Positions 39,637 through 51,987 of a stretch of DNA of 64,000 nt are shown here, piece by piece. This DNA is from Gammaproteobacteria bacterium (GTDB taxonomy: Bacteria; Pseudomonadota; Gammaproteobacteria; SZUA-229), in contig JASBSR010000040.1 in assembly GCA_030148865.1 (NCBI GenBank), forward strand, positions 141,145 through 205,144. The letters run 5' to 3'. The notes under the pieces are model-generated. The model worked only from the letters and a program-made list of their open reading frames with translations. It did no database searches and was not told the DNA's origin. Numbering within the stretch: position 1 is the first letter of the stretch; every line of letters begins with the position of its first letter. The translations under genes and the position numbers were made by a program.

Positions 39637-40257
39637 TTAGCTCCGTAGGGTTTGCGCCAGATACTGTTCAACGGCTTCCGGCAGCAAATAGTGAATGCTC
39701 TGCCCTTCCCGAACCTGCTGGCGTATGGCACTGGAAGAAATCTCCAGCAAGGTTGTCGATTGTAACAGGATTTTGCCGGCCACGGCTGTGCGCAGCTCAT
39801 CGGCGTGCTGTGCGTGACAGGCAGCCAGCCCCGCCAGAACTGGATTCTGCGGCCAGTCGAAACCCGGTCGCGTGGTCACCACCAGATGGCAGTACTGCAA
39901 AATCTCCTGCCAGCGGTGCCATGCTGCCAGCCCGGCGAACGCATCCATGCCCACTATCAGGCAGAGCGTAGTCCCGGGGTACTCGGCGCGCAGGGATATC
40001 AGGGTATCGATGGTGTAAGACGGGCCGTCGCGATCGAGTTCGCGCGTATCCAGGACAAAACCCGGGGTATCGGCGAGTGCAATTTCGAGCAGCGCTTGGC
40101 GGGTCTCGACCGGCAACCACGGAACTTCACGGTGCGGCGGAATATGGTTCGGGATAAAGCGCAGCTGCTCCAGTGCCAGCGCCTGCATCACTTCCAGCGC
40201 CGGGCGCAAATGTCCATAGTGCACGGGATCGAAAGTACCGCCGAGAATTCCGATCAC
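39637..40257 (-). CDS. nadD: Nicotinate-nucleotide adenylyltransferase
   Basis: GILGGTFDPVHYGHL, PSYTIDTL, ISSSAIR; start moved to GTG 40257 because the ORF-track start lies inside a repeat element. Confidence 0.95.
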   Translation of the reverse strand: MIGILGGTFDPVHYGHLRPALEVMQALALEQLRFIPNHIPPHREVPWLPVETRQALLEIALADTPGFVLDTRELDRDGPSYTIDTLISLRAEYPGTTLCLIVGMDAFAGLAAWHRWQEILQYCHLVVTTRPGFDWPQNPVLAGLAACHAQHADELRTAVAGKILLQSTTLLEISSSAIRQQVREGQSIHYLLPEAVEQYLAQTLRS

Positions 40258-40310
40258 GGAAGTAGCAATGAAATATGAGACGTAAAAAGCGAACAAAGAA
40301 AAACATTTGG

Positions 40311-40419
40311 TCCGCCAATGAACGCCAATAAACGCCAATGTTTTGTTTGTGTGCCTGCGGTGCCCTGCACTCGTATATTCTTTTGCTTATATTCGCGTTC
40401 ATTGGCGTTCATTGGCGGA
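40311..40419. mobile_element. MITE-like element, copy 2 (tandem 10-mer inverted arms)
   Basis: 29-bp arms TCCGCCAATGAACGCCAATAAACGCCAAT / ATTCGCGTTCATTGGCGTTCATTGGCGGA are reverse complements with 2 mismatches; the core matches the reverse complement of 31675-31774. Confidence 0.65.
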
Positions 40420-40472
40420 TTCATATTTTTATTTTTTACCGGTACATCAATGCATAGTTAAACAAACACTGT

Positions 40473-41756
40473 TCACTTTCTAATCTGCCCATCGCCGAGC
40501 ACAATGTATTTCTGCGAAGTCAAACCTTCCAGTCCCACCGGACCGCGAGCGTGCAGTTTGTCGGTGCTGATACCGATTTCGGCACCAAGCCCGTACTCAA
40601 AACCGTCGGCAAAACGGGTCGAGGCATTCACCATCACCGAGCTGGAATCCACTTCGCGCAAAAACCGGCGCGCGTGGCTATAGTTTTCGGTGATGATGGA
40701 CTCGGTGTGCTGTGAACTGTGTACCGCAATGTGGTCGATTGCGTCGTCAAGCCCATCGACCACACGAATCGACAAAATCGGTGCCAGGTATTCGGTATCC
40801 CAGTCTTCTGCAGTCGCCGATTTAATTCCACTGACAATTGCCTGAGTACGCTCACAACCGCGCAGCTCGACACCTTTGTCCTGATACTGTTTGCACAGAT
40901 CAGGCAACACCTGAGCTGCAACCTTTTGCGCGACCAGCAGGGTTTCCAGAGTATTGCAGGTACCGTAACGCTGGGTCTTGGCGTTGAAGGCAACACGAAT
41001 CGCTTTATCGAGATCCGCATCGGCATCGATATACACATGACAGATTCCGTCGAGGTGTTTGATCACTGGTACTTTAGATTCATTGGCAATGCGCTCGATC
41101 AGACCCTTGCCCCCACGCGGAATAATCACGTCGATGATGTTTTGCATGCGCAGCATTTCGCCCACGGCAGCGCGATCGGTGGTGGCAACCACCTGCACAA
41201 CTTCGCCCGGCAGGCCGGCGCTGGCCAGAGCGCGTTGAATGCAGGCGGCAATCGCCTGGTTGGAGTGGCTGGCCTCCGAGCCACCACGCAGAATCACCGC
41301 GTTGCCCGCCTTCAGACACAGACCTGCGGCGTCGGCTGTAACATTCGGCCGCGACTCATAAATGATGCCAATCACCCCCAGCGGCACACGCATCTTGCCC
41401 ACCTGAATCCCCGAGGGACGATAGGCCATATCGGTGATCACACCGATCGGATCTTCCAGCACGGCGATCTGACGCAGGCCTTCTGCCATCGCGCTGATGC
41501 GCGCATCCGTGAGTTCGAGGCGATCCAGCAAAGCCGCATCCAGACCTTTCTCGCGCCCGGCCTGCAGATCCAGAGTATTGGCCTGTTGCAGCTGCTCAGC
41601 TTCCGCCAGCAGCAGGTCAGCGATCGCAAACAGCGCCTGATTTTTTTGCCCGGTGTCGGCACGACTGATGACCCGCGCCGCCGCCAGTGCATTCACACCC
41701 AGCTGTTGCATATAGTCTTTGACGTTAATTTTCAGTACTTCGGCTTTGGCAGTCAT
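40473..41756 (-). CDS. proA: Glutamate-5-semialdehyde dehydrogenase
   Basis: [62 protein letters not shown]. Confidence 0.98.
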   Translation of the reverse strand: MTAKAEVLKINVKDYMQQLGVNALAAARVISRADTGQKNQALFAIADLLLAEAEQLQQANTLDLQAGREKGLDAALLDRLELTDARISAMAEGLRQIAVLEDPIGVITDMAYRPSGIQVGKMRVPLGVIGIIYESRPNVTADAAGLCLKAGNAVILRGGSEASHSNQAIAACIQRALASAGLPGEVVQVVATTDRAAVGEMLRMQNIIDVIIPRGGKGLIERIANESKVPVIKHLDGICHVYIDADADLDKAIRVAFNAKTQRYGTCNTLETLLVAQKVAAQVLPDLCKQYQDKGVELRGCERTQAIVSGIKSATAEDWDTEYLAPILSIRVVDGLDDAIDHIAVHSSQHTESIITENYSHARRFLREVDSSSVMVNASTRFADGFEYGLGAEIGISTDKLHARGPVGLEGLTSQKYIVLGDGQIRK

Positions 41757-41872
41757 TGCAGGTTGGTCACACTATTAATTCAATACAGGATACAAGATTA
41801 TATCGAATCAGGCTCGATTTTGATCGATATTTGGCAATCGCCGTTTTCATCGCAGGTCGTAACCACTGAACC

Positions 41873-41904
41873 AAAAAAAGCGGCTCCCTCAGGAGCCGCT
41901 TTTT
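41873..41904 (-). terminator. Rho-independent terminator (potentially bidirectional)
   Basis: AAAAAAAGCGGCTCC-CTCA-GGAGCCGCTTTTT. Confidence 0.85.
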
Positions 41905-41924
41905 GATAACTGCTGCTGGCAAAT

Positions 41925-42581
41925 TTAGCGACGTCGCGCAACAGCCATCAGACCCAGAAAACCGCTGCCAAATAACCAGAGCGCGGCAGGCACAGGCACG
42001 ACAGTATTTGCCATGTACTGGAATTCTTTTGCACTGCCACCAGCCCCGGTCGTTGCCTGACCACGCAGACCCACCATCACCCAGTCAGCAAGGCCGAGAC
42101 CCAAATCAGCAATCTGAAAACTGCCAGTACCGCCGCCACTCAGATCATTGTCATTTTTCCAGGCGATGCCAACATCAAATAAGTGACCGGCGAACGCGCC
42201 AGCATCCGAACCCAGCTGAATATTAGAATTACAGCCCTTTGCCCCAGAAACATGATTGGTATTAAAACCCTGGCCACAGCTGGCCGGAGCCGAGATATCG
42301 ACCAGACCCAGGTTGCCAGCATGGTAGGGACTGTTGTCTGCGACAAAGGGGTCGGCTACATCGAAAAAGAAGCCCGTGAACTTGGCTGTAGTGTAAACGC
42401 TTAACGGATTAACCTGGTAACTAATGGTGAATACACCCGCAGTGTCATCGGATACTGTGACAATATAATCAACATCATCAGAGCCCAGATGACTGAAATT
42501 GGAAAATGTGATCGCTGCAGCATGCACAGTCGGAGTCATAGCCAGCAGAACCAGTAGGCTAAAAATGTTTTTGTAGTGCAT
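41925..42581 (-). CDS. VPLPA-CTERM (PEP-CTERM variant) surface protein
   Basis: Signal peptide, Gly/Ser/Asp-rich body, C-terminal VPVPAALWLFGSGFLGLMAVARRR; GGAG RBS. Confidence 0.92.
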   Translation of the reverse strand: MHYKNIFSLLVLLAMTPTVHAAAITFSNFSHLGSDDVDYIVTVSDDTAGVFTISYQVNPLSVYTTAKFTGFFFDVADPFVADNSPYHAGNLGLVDISAPASCGQGFNTNHVSGAKGCNSNIQLGSDAGAFAGHLFDVGIAWKNDNDLSGGGTGSFQIADLGLGLADWVMVGLRGQATTGAGGSAKEFQYMANTVVPVPAALWLFGSGFLGLMAVARRR

Positions 42582-42630
42582 TTAGTGCTCCAGAAACCTT
42601 GTTTTAACAATTAATTGCTTATCACATGAG

Positions 42631-42646
42631 GCAATATGCAAGCCAA
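42631..42646 (-). promoter_or_regulatory. Sigma54 (-24/-12) promoter
   Basis: Minus strand TTGGCTTGCATATTGC (GG-N10-GC), about 50 nt upstream of the start codon. Confidence 0.75.
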
Positions 42647-42739
42647 CTTTAAAAACTCATTAAAATACATGCCTTTAGAACACGATAAAAAACCATCTCC
42701 GTTATATCGAAGAAGAATTAATTAAAATATTATAAAAAG

Positions 42740-42756
42740 TGTATGAATTATCGACA
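42740..42756. promoter_or_regulatory. Enhancer-binding-protein site (TGT-N11-ACA)
   Basis: TGTATGAATTATCGACA; near-identical copy at 42939-42955. Confidence 0.7.
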
Positions 42757-42841
42757 AATATTTATATCAATAAGCATAAATAACAAAAAATCTGCGCAAT
42801 TCAGACAGGTAATCGAGCTCAAATGCTTATCAAAAATAAGC

Positions 42842-42854
42842 TAAGTAATTGATA
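42842..42854 (-). promoter_or_regulatory. Candidate IHF site
   Basis: Minus strand TATCAATTACTTA matches WATCAANNNNTTR; lies between the two enhancer boxes. Confidence 0.5.
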
Positions 42855-42938
42855 TTTTATATAGTAGATTAACTTCGGCCAGCACGCATAATGTAAAAAA
42901 ATAAATATTTTCATGTAGTTATGACTTAAAATAAAAAG

Positions 42939-42955
42939 TGTAATTAATATCGACA
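42939..42955. promoter_or_regulatory. Enhancer-binding-protein site (TGT-N11-ACA), second copy
   Basis: TGTAATTAATATCGACA with the same AAAAAG flank as 42740-42756. Confidence 0.7.
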
Positions 42956-43076
42956 ATTTTAAGCGGTTCAGTCACGCCTGCCACTACTGCAAGAGGGCAT
43001 CCCTGTGCAATTAAAAACTCCAGGCACCAGCACGGCTGCACGAGTCATTCTGGTTTCATAAGATATTTTGCGAGTC

Positions 43077-43103
43077 AAAAAAAAACGACCCTGAAAGGTC
43101 GTT
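43077..43103 (-). terminator. Rho-independent terminator
   Basis: Minus strand AACGACC-TTTCAG-GGTCGTTTTTTTTT at the stop codon of the upstream gene. Confidence 0.75.
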
Positions 43104-43806
43104 ATTTTAAGCATCTGGCGCCCGGCGACGCGTGTTTTCGCCGGACAACGCCTATCAGACCCAACAGACCTGAGCCGAACAACCAGAGCGCGGCAGGAAC
43201 CGGTACCGCAGAAACATACTGGCCATCATGGCTGAAGGGTGCAAATGCAGTCACAATGTTTTTGTCCTTGACGGCATTATAATCAGCGGTGAACAGATCA
43301 ATGTGTATTCCAGAAACATTGAGCGAGGAAATATCGACGGTAATCGTTTCCCAGTAGCCCAGGCCGGTGCCACTATCACCTGGCTGAGTATTGCCAATCG
43401 CGGTCTGGGTGCCATCGAAACCCACCTGATAAATTTCTGACCAGGTATCATAAATACCGTGTGGTGCCAGGCTGTTGGGGTCTTCAAACGGCGGCGTACC
43501 GTAACCCGAGCTGGTCATCGCCAGCGTGCCAACATCATCGGACACAGTCACGTTAAATTCGTCAGTGGTGACCATCGGCACAGCCGCGAGCACAATATAA
43601 GCTGTCAGACCGGTCTGCCCCGTGGTGTAAACATTAAATGAGAAGCTGGAAGCGCCGTCAAACATCCAGGTCTGGGTGCCAGTATCATAGATCGCAGCAG
43701 TATCAGATGGATCGGGACCAATCTGCAATATGGGTAGCGCGTGCGCGAGAGGCACCATTAACGCACTGAGCAGGACTGCTATCCGTAAAAAAGGTTTGAT
43801 ATCCAT
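43102..43806 (-). CDS. VPLPA-CTERM surface protein (choice-of-anchor-N-like body, tentative)
   Basis: GGAG RBS before ATG 43806; signal peptide; LAPHGIYDT and APFSHDG motifs; VPVPAALWLFGSGLLGLIGVVRRK. Confidence 0.9.
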   Translation of the reverse strand: MDIKPFLRIAVLLSALMVPLAHALPILQIGPDPSDTAAIYDTGTQTWMFDGASSFSFNVYTTGQTGLTAYIVLAAVPMVTTDEFNVTVSDDVGTLAMTSSGYGTPPFEDPNSLAPHGIYDTWSEIYQVGFDGTQTAIGNTQPGDSGTGLGYWETITVDISSLNVSGIHIDLFTADYNAVKDKNIVTAFAPFSHDGQYVSAVPVPAALWLFGSGLLGLIGVVRRKHASPGARCLK

Positions 43807-43869
43807 TTTGAACTCCATATTTATATCATTTGCCCGCTGCATAACGGCACAACAGTGATTAGACCAGCT

Positions 43870-43884
43870 GCAAATCCCAGGCCA
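43870..43884 (-). promoter_or_regulatory. Sigma54 (-24/-12) promoter
   Basis: Minus strand TGGCCTGGGATTTGC (GG-N10-GC). Confidence 0.7.
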
Positions 43885-43992
43885 GGAATTAGTCAACACT
43901 TGTAATTACAGATAGTTAGCTGGATTACCATATAGCCATCTGTCCGGCTGGTGGCTGACGCAGCTGTGACTCATGGTGAAAACTTAAAAATA

Positions 43993-44009
43993 TGTCATTA
44001 TTTCCGACA
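43993..44009. promoter_or_regulatory. Enhancer-binding-protein site (TGT-N11-ACA)
   Basis: TGTCATTATTTCCGACA about 110 bp upstream of the sigma54 site; a degenerate partner CGTAAAATATACTGACA lies at 44180-44196. Confidence 0.65.
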
Positions 44010-44219
44010 AAATATCATGCGCTATCACCAGCCTGGGATCGTTACCATTTTAAATTCAATAACTTGGAAAAAGCACTATGCAGGCAAGATTGTTATGAGG
44101 ATGCCAGTCGTTCACAAACATCACCATTATTTAACGATTAACACCTTAATTAACAATAGGTTATCTATTAATACCCGAGCGTAAAATATACTGACACACC
44201 ATACCAGCACTCCGCGACC

Positions 44220-45227
44220 TCAGCGTCGCCGCGTGCTGCCCGCGAGTGCAAAACCCAGACCGCGCAGCTCATCCTGAACATTGGCCTGCGCCACACCTTT
44301 GATCGCCTGGTCGATTAGCGCACAGCGCCTGAGCATTCGGTGCAATGCTGGTGCATGATGACGCTGCAAACAGGCCTTAAACAGGCCAACGCGATTCGCC
44401 CAGACACCGGCGCGCTTCAGGGTATAGTCGGCAGCACCCGGCTCAGCCGCCAGCTGCACGAGCAGACGAATATCTTTCGCCAGCGCCCAGTTGGTAATGA
44501 TGGGCTCAACGCCTTCAGCAGCAAGCCCCTGCAACACGCGCAGCACCCGGGCGCGATCCCCCTGTAAGGCGGTATCGACCAGCTCGAATACATTAAAACG
44601 TGAATTTTCGGTGATCGCTTCGCGGACATGGTCAAAACTGACCTTGCCCGGACCCAGCATCAGATACAACTTATCGATTTCCTGTGCCGCCGCCAGCAAA
44701 TTGCCTTCGACGTGCTGGCAGACAAAATCCACGACTTCCCGATCCGGCTGCATATTGGTGGCGATAAAACGCTGCTGTACCCAGGCCGGGAGACGATCCA
44801 GCGTCACCGGCCAGCAGGCAAGCAAGGCACCCGCTTTATCAATGGCCTTATACCAGGCGGCAAGCTTGCTGGCAGCATCCAGCTTGCCGCTGGTGATTAA
44901 CAATATGGTGTCCTCGGCCGGGCGCTCGAGATACTGCTTCAGCACCTGACTGCCTTCGCGCCCGGGCTTGCCGGTGGGCATGCGCAGATCCAGAATTCGC
45001 CGCGAGGAAAATAGCGACATGGTGGCGGCCACATCACTGAAACGCTGCCAGTCGAAATGGCGATCGACGTCCAGCACTTCACGTTCCAGATACTCCTGCT
45101 CGCGGCACGCGGCACGAATCCGGTCACCCGCTTCCATCATCTGCAGCGGCTCGTCACCGCTGACCAGATAAACCGGCAGCAAAGACTTGCTCAGAGCGGC
45201 GCTTAACTGGTCGGGGCGAAGTTGCAT
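44220..45227 (-). CDS. holA: DNA polymerase III delta subunit
   Basis: YLVSGDEPL, SLFSSRR, VEGNLLAAAQEIDKL, FELVD. Confidence 0.95.
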   Translation of the reverse strand: MQLRPDQLSAALSKSLLPVYLVSGDEPLQMMEAGDRIRAACREQEYLEREVLDVDRHFDWQRFSDVAATMSLFSSRRILDLRMPTGKPGREGSQVLKQYLERPAEDTILLITSGKLDAASKLAAWYKAIDKAGALLACWPVTLDRLPAWVQQRFIATNMQPDREVVDFVCQHVEGNLLAAAQEIDKLYLMLGPGKVSFDHVREAITENSRFNVFELVDTALQGDRARVLRVLQGLAAEGVEPIITNWALAKDIRLLVQLAAEPGAADYTLKRAGVWANRVGLFKACLQRHHAPALHRMLRRCALIDQAIKGVAQANVQDELRGLGFALAGSTRRR

Positions 45228-45717
45228 CAGGGAGTCAGTGGCCTGGTAGTTGCCTGCAATTGCTGCAAAATCAGACGCGCTGCCTCGGTTTGCATATCGC
45301 GATACAAAGTTTGCTGTTCGTGGCTATTGGCCAGCACATTTTCAGGATCAAATGCCAGTTCACGACGCAGCTTGACCACCTTATCCACATCGACGTGCCT
45401 GCTTTTGAGCCTGTATACCACCGCATAATTGAGTTCGTACTCGCGTGCGCGACCGAGTGAATCGACCGAGAGCACACGGCGGGTTTGTTTTTGACTGACA
45501 ATTTTCAGACTGCTGGCAGCTTGCTCAGCAGAATCGGCGAGCGCGGCTTTATTTTCCGCCAGTAAAATCGACAACTGATTCACCAGCGCATCATCGCCGG
45601 CAGCGTATAAATACAGCGGCTGCAATTGCGCCGGCAACTCGACCGTGCCGCGCAACTGAAAACCACAGGCCGAAACACTCAGCAGAAAAGTGAGATAAAT
45701 AACAATACGATACATCA

Positions 45718-45718
<1 letters not shown>
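45227..45718 (-). CDS. lptE: LPS assembly lipoprotein
   Basis: Lipobox VSACGFQLRG; between leuS and holA. Confidence 0.92.
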
Positions 45719-48186
<2,468 letters not shown>

Positions 48187-48354
48187 TTAAGCCAGCTACA
48201 GTTCGTCGGGTATCAGCAACAATGACGATTTTTCTGGTCTATAAAATTGATGAAAACTTGATTCAGTACAGCTTGTTGAGCGCCAGAGAAGGATACACTA
48301 GCGTTGAGCGTAATGAAACTATTCAGCCTGAGACAACGCTATTTAAGGAGTGAC

Positions 48355-48891
48355 ATGAACCAGATTACCCCCAAATCCCGCAGTCATTTAATCAACGCCT
48401 ATAACCAGATGATGCAGACGATACGGACTGCATTTGATGCCAGCGAAAGCGTCGAGATGAGCTTACAAAAAGCTCTCGATATGGCCAAACAACAGGCCAT
48501 TCATCTCGGTGAAATCACTGTCGAAGAAGCACACGAAGTCAGCGAATTCGTCAAACGTGATATCAATGACGCCGCCGAATATATGCTGGAAACCAGTTCG
48601 GATCTTGGCGACTGGTTAATGCTGGACATCGAAGTGCTGGAACGCAAAGTCATTGATATGTTTCTTTCAGTCGCCGATCGCACACGAATCGAACTCGAAG
48701 CACTGAAACAGCATAATCGTGAAGTCAGTTTATATTACAGCGGTGAAATTACCGGCCCCGGAACGCTAAAATGCACCCAGTGCGGCAAGTGCATCCCATT
48801 TTTAACTACAAGCCATATCGAAGTCTGCAAGGTCTGCGGCAATAACAGCTTTCAACGCGCCGAAAAACATAAAGACTGTAAAGGGCAGTAA
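48355..48891 (+). CDS. Zinc-ribbon protein (DUF1451-like)
   Basis: AAGGAG RBS; C-terminal YYSGEITGPGTLKCTQC...CKVCG. Confidence 0.85.
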   Translation: MNQITPKSRSHLINAYNQMMQTIRTAFDASESVEMSLQKALDMAKQQAIHLGEITVEEAHEVSEFVKRDINDAAEYMLETSSDLGDWLMLDIEVLERKVIDMFLSVADRTRIELEALKQHNREVSLYYSGEITGPGTLKCTQCGKCIPFLTTSHIEVCKVCGNNSFQRAEKHKDCKGQ

Positions 48892-49105
48892 GCTGACACA
48901 ACCGTGACTTCATTCTGAGCTGCTGTTATGAAGGCCTGTCAGCTTTCAGGCGTTAGCGCAGGTAGATACTTCTTCGCAAATAACACGAATCTCGCAAATG
49001 GCTGGTCACTCTGCTTTTAGCTTTGCGTATTTTGCGGCAGATGTTTTGCTTTTTAATGTAAACCTGCTGCCGTCCTGAGTTGCTGTGGTGAAGAATCTTA
49101 ACTGG

Positions 49106-50599
49106 CTACTGTCTGGCAAAAGGTTTCGCCGCCCAGATCAGACTGGCAAGACCGAACAAAACTATAAAACTGTCGCCCCACCAGACATAAGGTGTCACAC
49201 CCGTCATGGGCTGCGCCTGGGCGCGTAATACATAGCTGGCAAATTGTGGTGCAAGCGCAATAACTTCGCCGTGATTATCGATCACCGCACTGACTCCGGT
49301 ATTGGTGGCACGCAACATATAACGCCCACTTTCCAGGGCGCGCATGCGTGCAATCGCGTGATGTTGATGGGGCTCGTGCGAATTTTCAAACCAGGCGTCG
49401 TTACTCACGTTTACCAGTAAAGTCGCTTCGGGTAGATCGTGGCGCACATCGCGTGAAAATGCGTCTTCAAAACAAATGCTCAATCCCAGCGGTTGCCCAG
49501 CTGCCCGTAACAGTGGCTGTTTCTCGGCGCCCGCTTCTATATCAGACATCGGGATATCCACCCAACGTTTAAAAAAGCTGATTAAAAAGCGTAGTGGAAT
49601 GTATTCTCCGAGCGGCACCAGATGACGTTTGTGATAAACGCCGCCATTCACACTTTGTACCGAATTAAAATAACGCCGGGTTTCCGGGTTTCTAACAAAA
49701 AGACCCAGTAGTATATCATTACCCTTTTCTTGTGTGCTGCTCTGCAAGGCCTGCAGATAAGATGAGACTCGATGTTTAAAATCCGGTACCGCGGTTTCCG
49801 GCCAGATAATCAAATCGCTGTCTGCCGCCTGTCGACTGAGATCACGATACAACGCCAGTGTGTGATCGCGATATTCCGGACGCCACTTTATCGCCTGCGC
49901 GATATTGCCCTGCACCAGCGCCACTGAAATCGGCTCACCACTCGCGCGGGTCCAGTCCACATGCCTGAGCGCAAAACCCGACAACCAGAGCAGCACCAAC
50001 AGACTCAGCACACCGAGCCTGTGGGCAGGACTGCGCTGGCGATAATTTGTGACCAGAGATAACAATGCACCAGCGCTCGTCATTACCAGCATACTGACAC
50101 CGTGGGCACCAAAAACAGGCGCAAAACCTGCTAATGGATAATCAATCTGGCTATACGCGGCCTGCATCCAGGCAAACCCCGTCATTACATAGCCCTGCAA
50201 CCACTCTGTCACCGCCCAGGCCACTGGAAATAACCACAGCATTTTTATCGTACTATTCGTTTTGCAAAACCGCGCCACCACATAGGCTGCCAGCGCCGGA
50301 TACAATGCCAGATACATCGACAGCAATACAATCATCAAACCCGCCAATAATGCCGGCGTACCACCATGATAATGCAGACTAACATATATCCAGCTAACGC
50401 CTGCACACTGCAAACCAAAACCGAATAACCAGGCGTGGATCAAAGCAGTTTTGGGACTGGCATCACGCCATTGCCACTGTAACCAGGTGAAGCCGAGTAG
50501 TAGTAGCCAGGCCTGATCATACGGTGCGAACGCCAGTACCATAGTAGCGCCAGACACTGCACTAATCAGGTATTTCCAGAAGGGTGGTAATGGTTTCAT
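49106..50599 (-). CDS. lnt: Apolipoprotein N-acyltransferase
   Basis: VQGNI, WPETA, KRHLVPLGEYIP, ICFED, SNDAWF, RATNTGVS. Confidence 0.97.
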   Translation of the reverse strand: MKPLPPFWKYLISAVSGATMVLAFAPYDQAWLLLLGFTWLQWQWRDASPKTALIHAWLFGFGLQCAGVSWIYVSLHYHGGTPALLAGLMIVLLSMYLALYPALAAYVVARFCKTNSTIKMLWLFPVAWAVTEWLQGYVMTGFAWMQAAYSQIDYPLAGFAPVFGAHGVSMLVMTSAGALLSLVTNYRQRSPAHRLGVLSLLVLLWLSGFALRHVDWTRASGEPISVALVQGNIAQAIKWRPEYRDHTLALYRDLSRQAADSDLIIWPETAVPDFKHRVSSYLQALQSSTQEKGNDILLGLFVRNPETRRYFNSVQSVNGGVYHKRHLVPLGEYIPLRFLISFFKRWVDIPMSDIEAGAEKQPLLRAAGQPLGLSICFEDAFSRDVRHDLPEATLLVNVSNDAWFENSHEPHQHHAIARMRALESGRYMLRATNTGVSAVIDNHGEVIALAPQFASYVLRAQAQPMTGVTPYVWWGDSFIVLFGLASLIWAAKPFARQ

Positions 50600-50621
50600 C
50601 GAGGGCAGCGAAACGAATTAA

Positions 50622-51476
50622 TCAGGCATCGTTTTCGGGCTCTGACGTTTTCGGCATCAGCGTAAGTTGCAAATTATTAATGCGGCGAGAGTTAGCACTA
50701 ATTATTTTGAACAAAAAGTTTTCGATCGCAACTTCTTCGCCGCGTTCAGGAAGATGCCCCAGTGCGTGCGTGACTAACCCAGCAATAGTATCGAACTGAT
50801 CATCGCTAAATTTAGTCTCAAAGAAGGTATTAAATTCCGGGATTGGCGTTAAACCGCGCACGGTATAGCGATGGTAGCCATGCCGGCGAATATTAATCAC
50901 GTCCGCAGCATCGTGCTCGTCATCGATGTCACCGACAATCTGTTCGAGTACATCCTCAATTGTTACCAGTCCGGATATACCGCCGTATTCATCCACCACC
51001 ATCGCCATATGATAGCGTGAGGTACGAAAGTCTTTCAGCAACACATTCAGACGCTTGCTTTCCGGCACAAATACCGCTGGGCGCAGGACATCTTTAATAT
51101 CAAATTTCTCACTACTGTTTTCATCTGCGTAGGGAATCAGATCCTTTGCTAACAGCACGCCGATAACATCATCAAGATCATCGTCGGTTACCGGAAAACG
51201 CGAATGCCCAGAATTTACAATTACGGGCTGCATTTCCTTAACACTGCTGTCACCGCTGATCACTACCATATGTGAACGCGGCACCATAATGTCGCGTACC
51301 CGCAATTCGGATACCTGGAACACGCCCTCAATCATCGCCAGCGCATCTGTATCGAGTACGCCTTTTTCCTGCGCCTCACGTAATTCATTTAACAAGTGCG
51401 CACGCTCATCGCGCTCGCCGGAAAAAATATCTAATAACCTGGAAAACCAGGAGACATGTTTGTGTTTGAGTTTCAT
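50622..51476 (-). CDS. corC: CBS/CorC-HlyC domain protein
   Basis: VRDIMVPRSHM, HSRFPV, FVPESKRLNVLL, VDEYGG, TIEDVLEQIVGDIDDEHD. Confidence 0.94.
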   Translation of the reverse strand: MKLKHKHVSWFSRLLDIFSGERDERAHLLNELREAQEKGVLDTDALAMIEGVFQVSELRVRDIMVPRSHMVVISGDSSVKEMQPVIVNSGHSRFPVTDDDLDDVIGVLLAKDLIPYADENSSEKFDIKDVLRPAVFVPESKRLNVLLKDFRTSRYHMAMVVDEYGGISGLVTIEDVLEQIVGDIDDEHDAADVINIRRHGYHRYTVRGLTPIPEFNTFFETKFSDDQFDTIAGLVTHALGHLPERGEEVAIENFLFKIISANSRRINNLQLTLMPKTSEPENDA

Positions 51477-51985
51477 GAGCGTAATGTCTGATACGGGTTA
51501 TCAAAACCCAGAGATTGAAGAATTTGTATTTCCAGTGCTTCCATTTTGGCTGCGTCATTATCGTCGATATGATCGTAACCCTGCAAATGCAGCGTACCGT
51601 GTACCACCATGTGCGCCCAGTGCGCAGTGATAGCCTTACCCTGCTCATGCGCTTCACGATTAATCACCGCTGCACACAGCGCAATATCGCCCAATGGAGG
51701 AACAACCTGAGTGTCCGGGCTGTCAAGTAACGCCGCATCCAGCTCTGGATCTATGGCCATCGGGAATGATAATACATTGGTCGGGTAATCTTTGCCCCGC
51801 CAGTCATGATTAAGCTGCTGCATTTCGCGTTCACCAAGCACCTGCACACTTACCCTGCACGAGGCATCGGATAAAAAAGCATGTTGTGCCCAGCTGGCGA
51901 TTAAATCAGCACGCGGACAACCGGGAACATCCTCATCATCTTCAGTGAGCGCTTCAGAAACAGAATAATCGACCTCCAGTGTCAC
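51473..51985 (-). CDS. ybeY: rRNA maturation factor YbeY
   Basis: RGKDYPTNVLSF, LGDI, HGTLHLQGYDH. Confidence 0.97.
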   Translation of the reverse strand: MTLEVDYSVSEALTEDDEDVPGCPRADLIASWAQHAFLSDASCRVSVQVLGEREMQQLNHDWRGKDYPTNVLSFPMAIDPELDAALLDSPDTQVVPPLGDIALCAAVINREAHEQGKAITAHWAHMVVHGTLHLQGYDHIDDNDAAKMEALEIQILQSLGFDNPYQTLRS

Positions 51986-51987
51986 CC

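Noticed and set aside
40258..40338. N-terminal extension of NadD in the ORF track
   Set aside because: The start lies inside the repeat element; NadD similarity begins at GTG 40257.
40719..41906. 395-aa plus-strand ORF
   Set aside because: Antisense shadow of proA with no recognisable motifs; long antisense frames are a common by-product of codon bias.
42600..43000. AT-rich segment as a horizontally acquired gene remnant
   Set aside because: No ORF is present; the sigma54 promoter, enhancer boxes and IHF-like site explain it.
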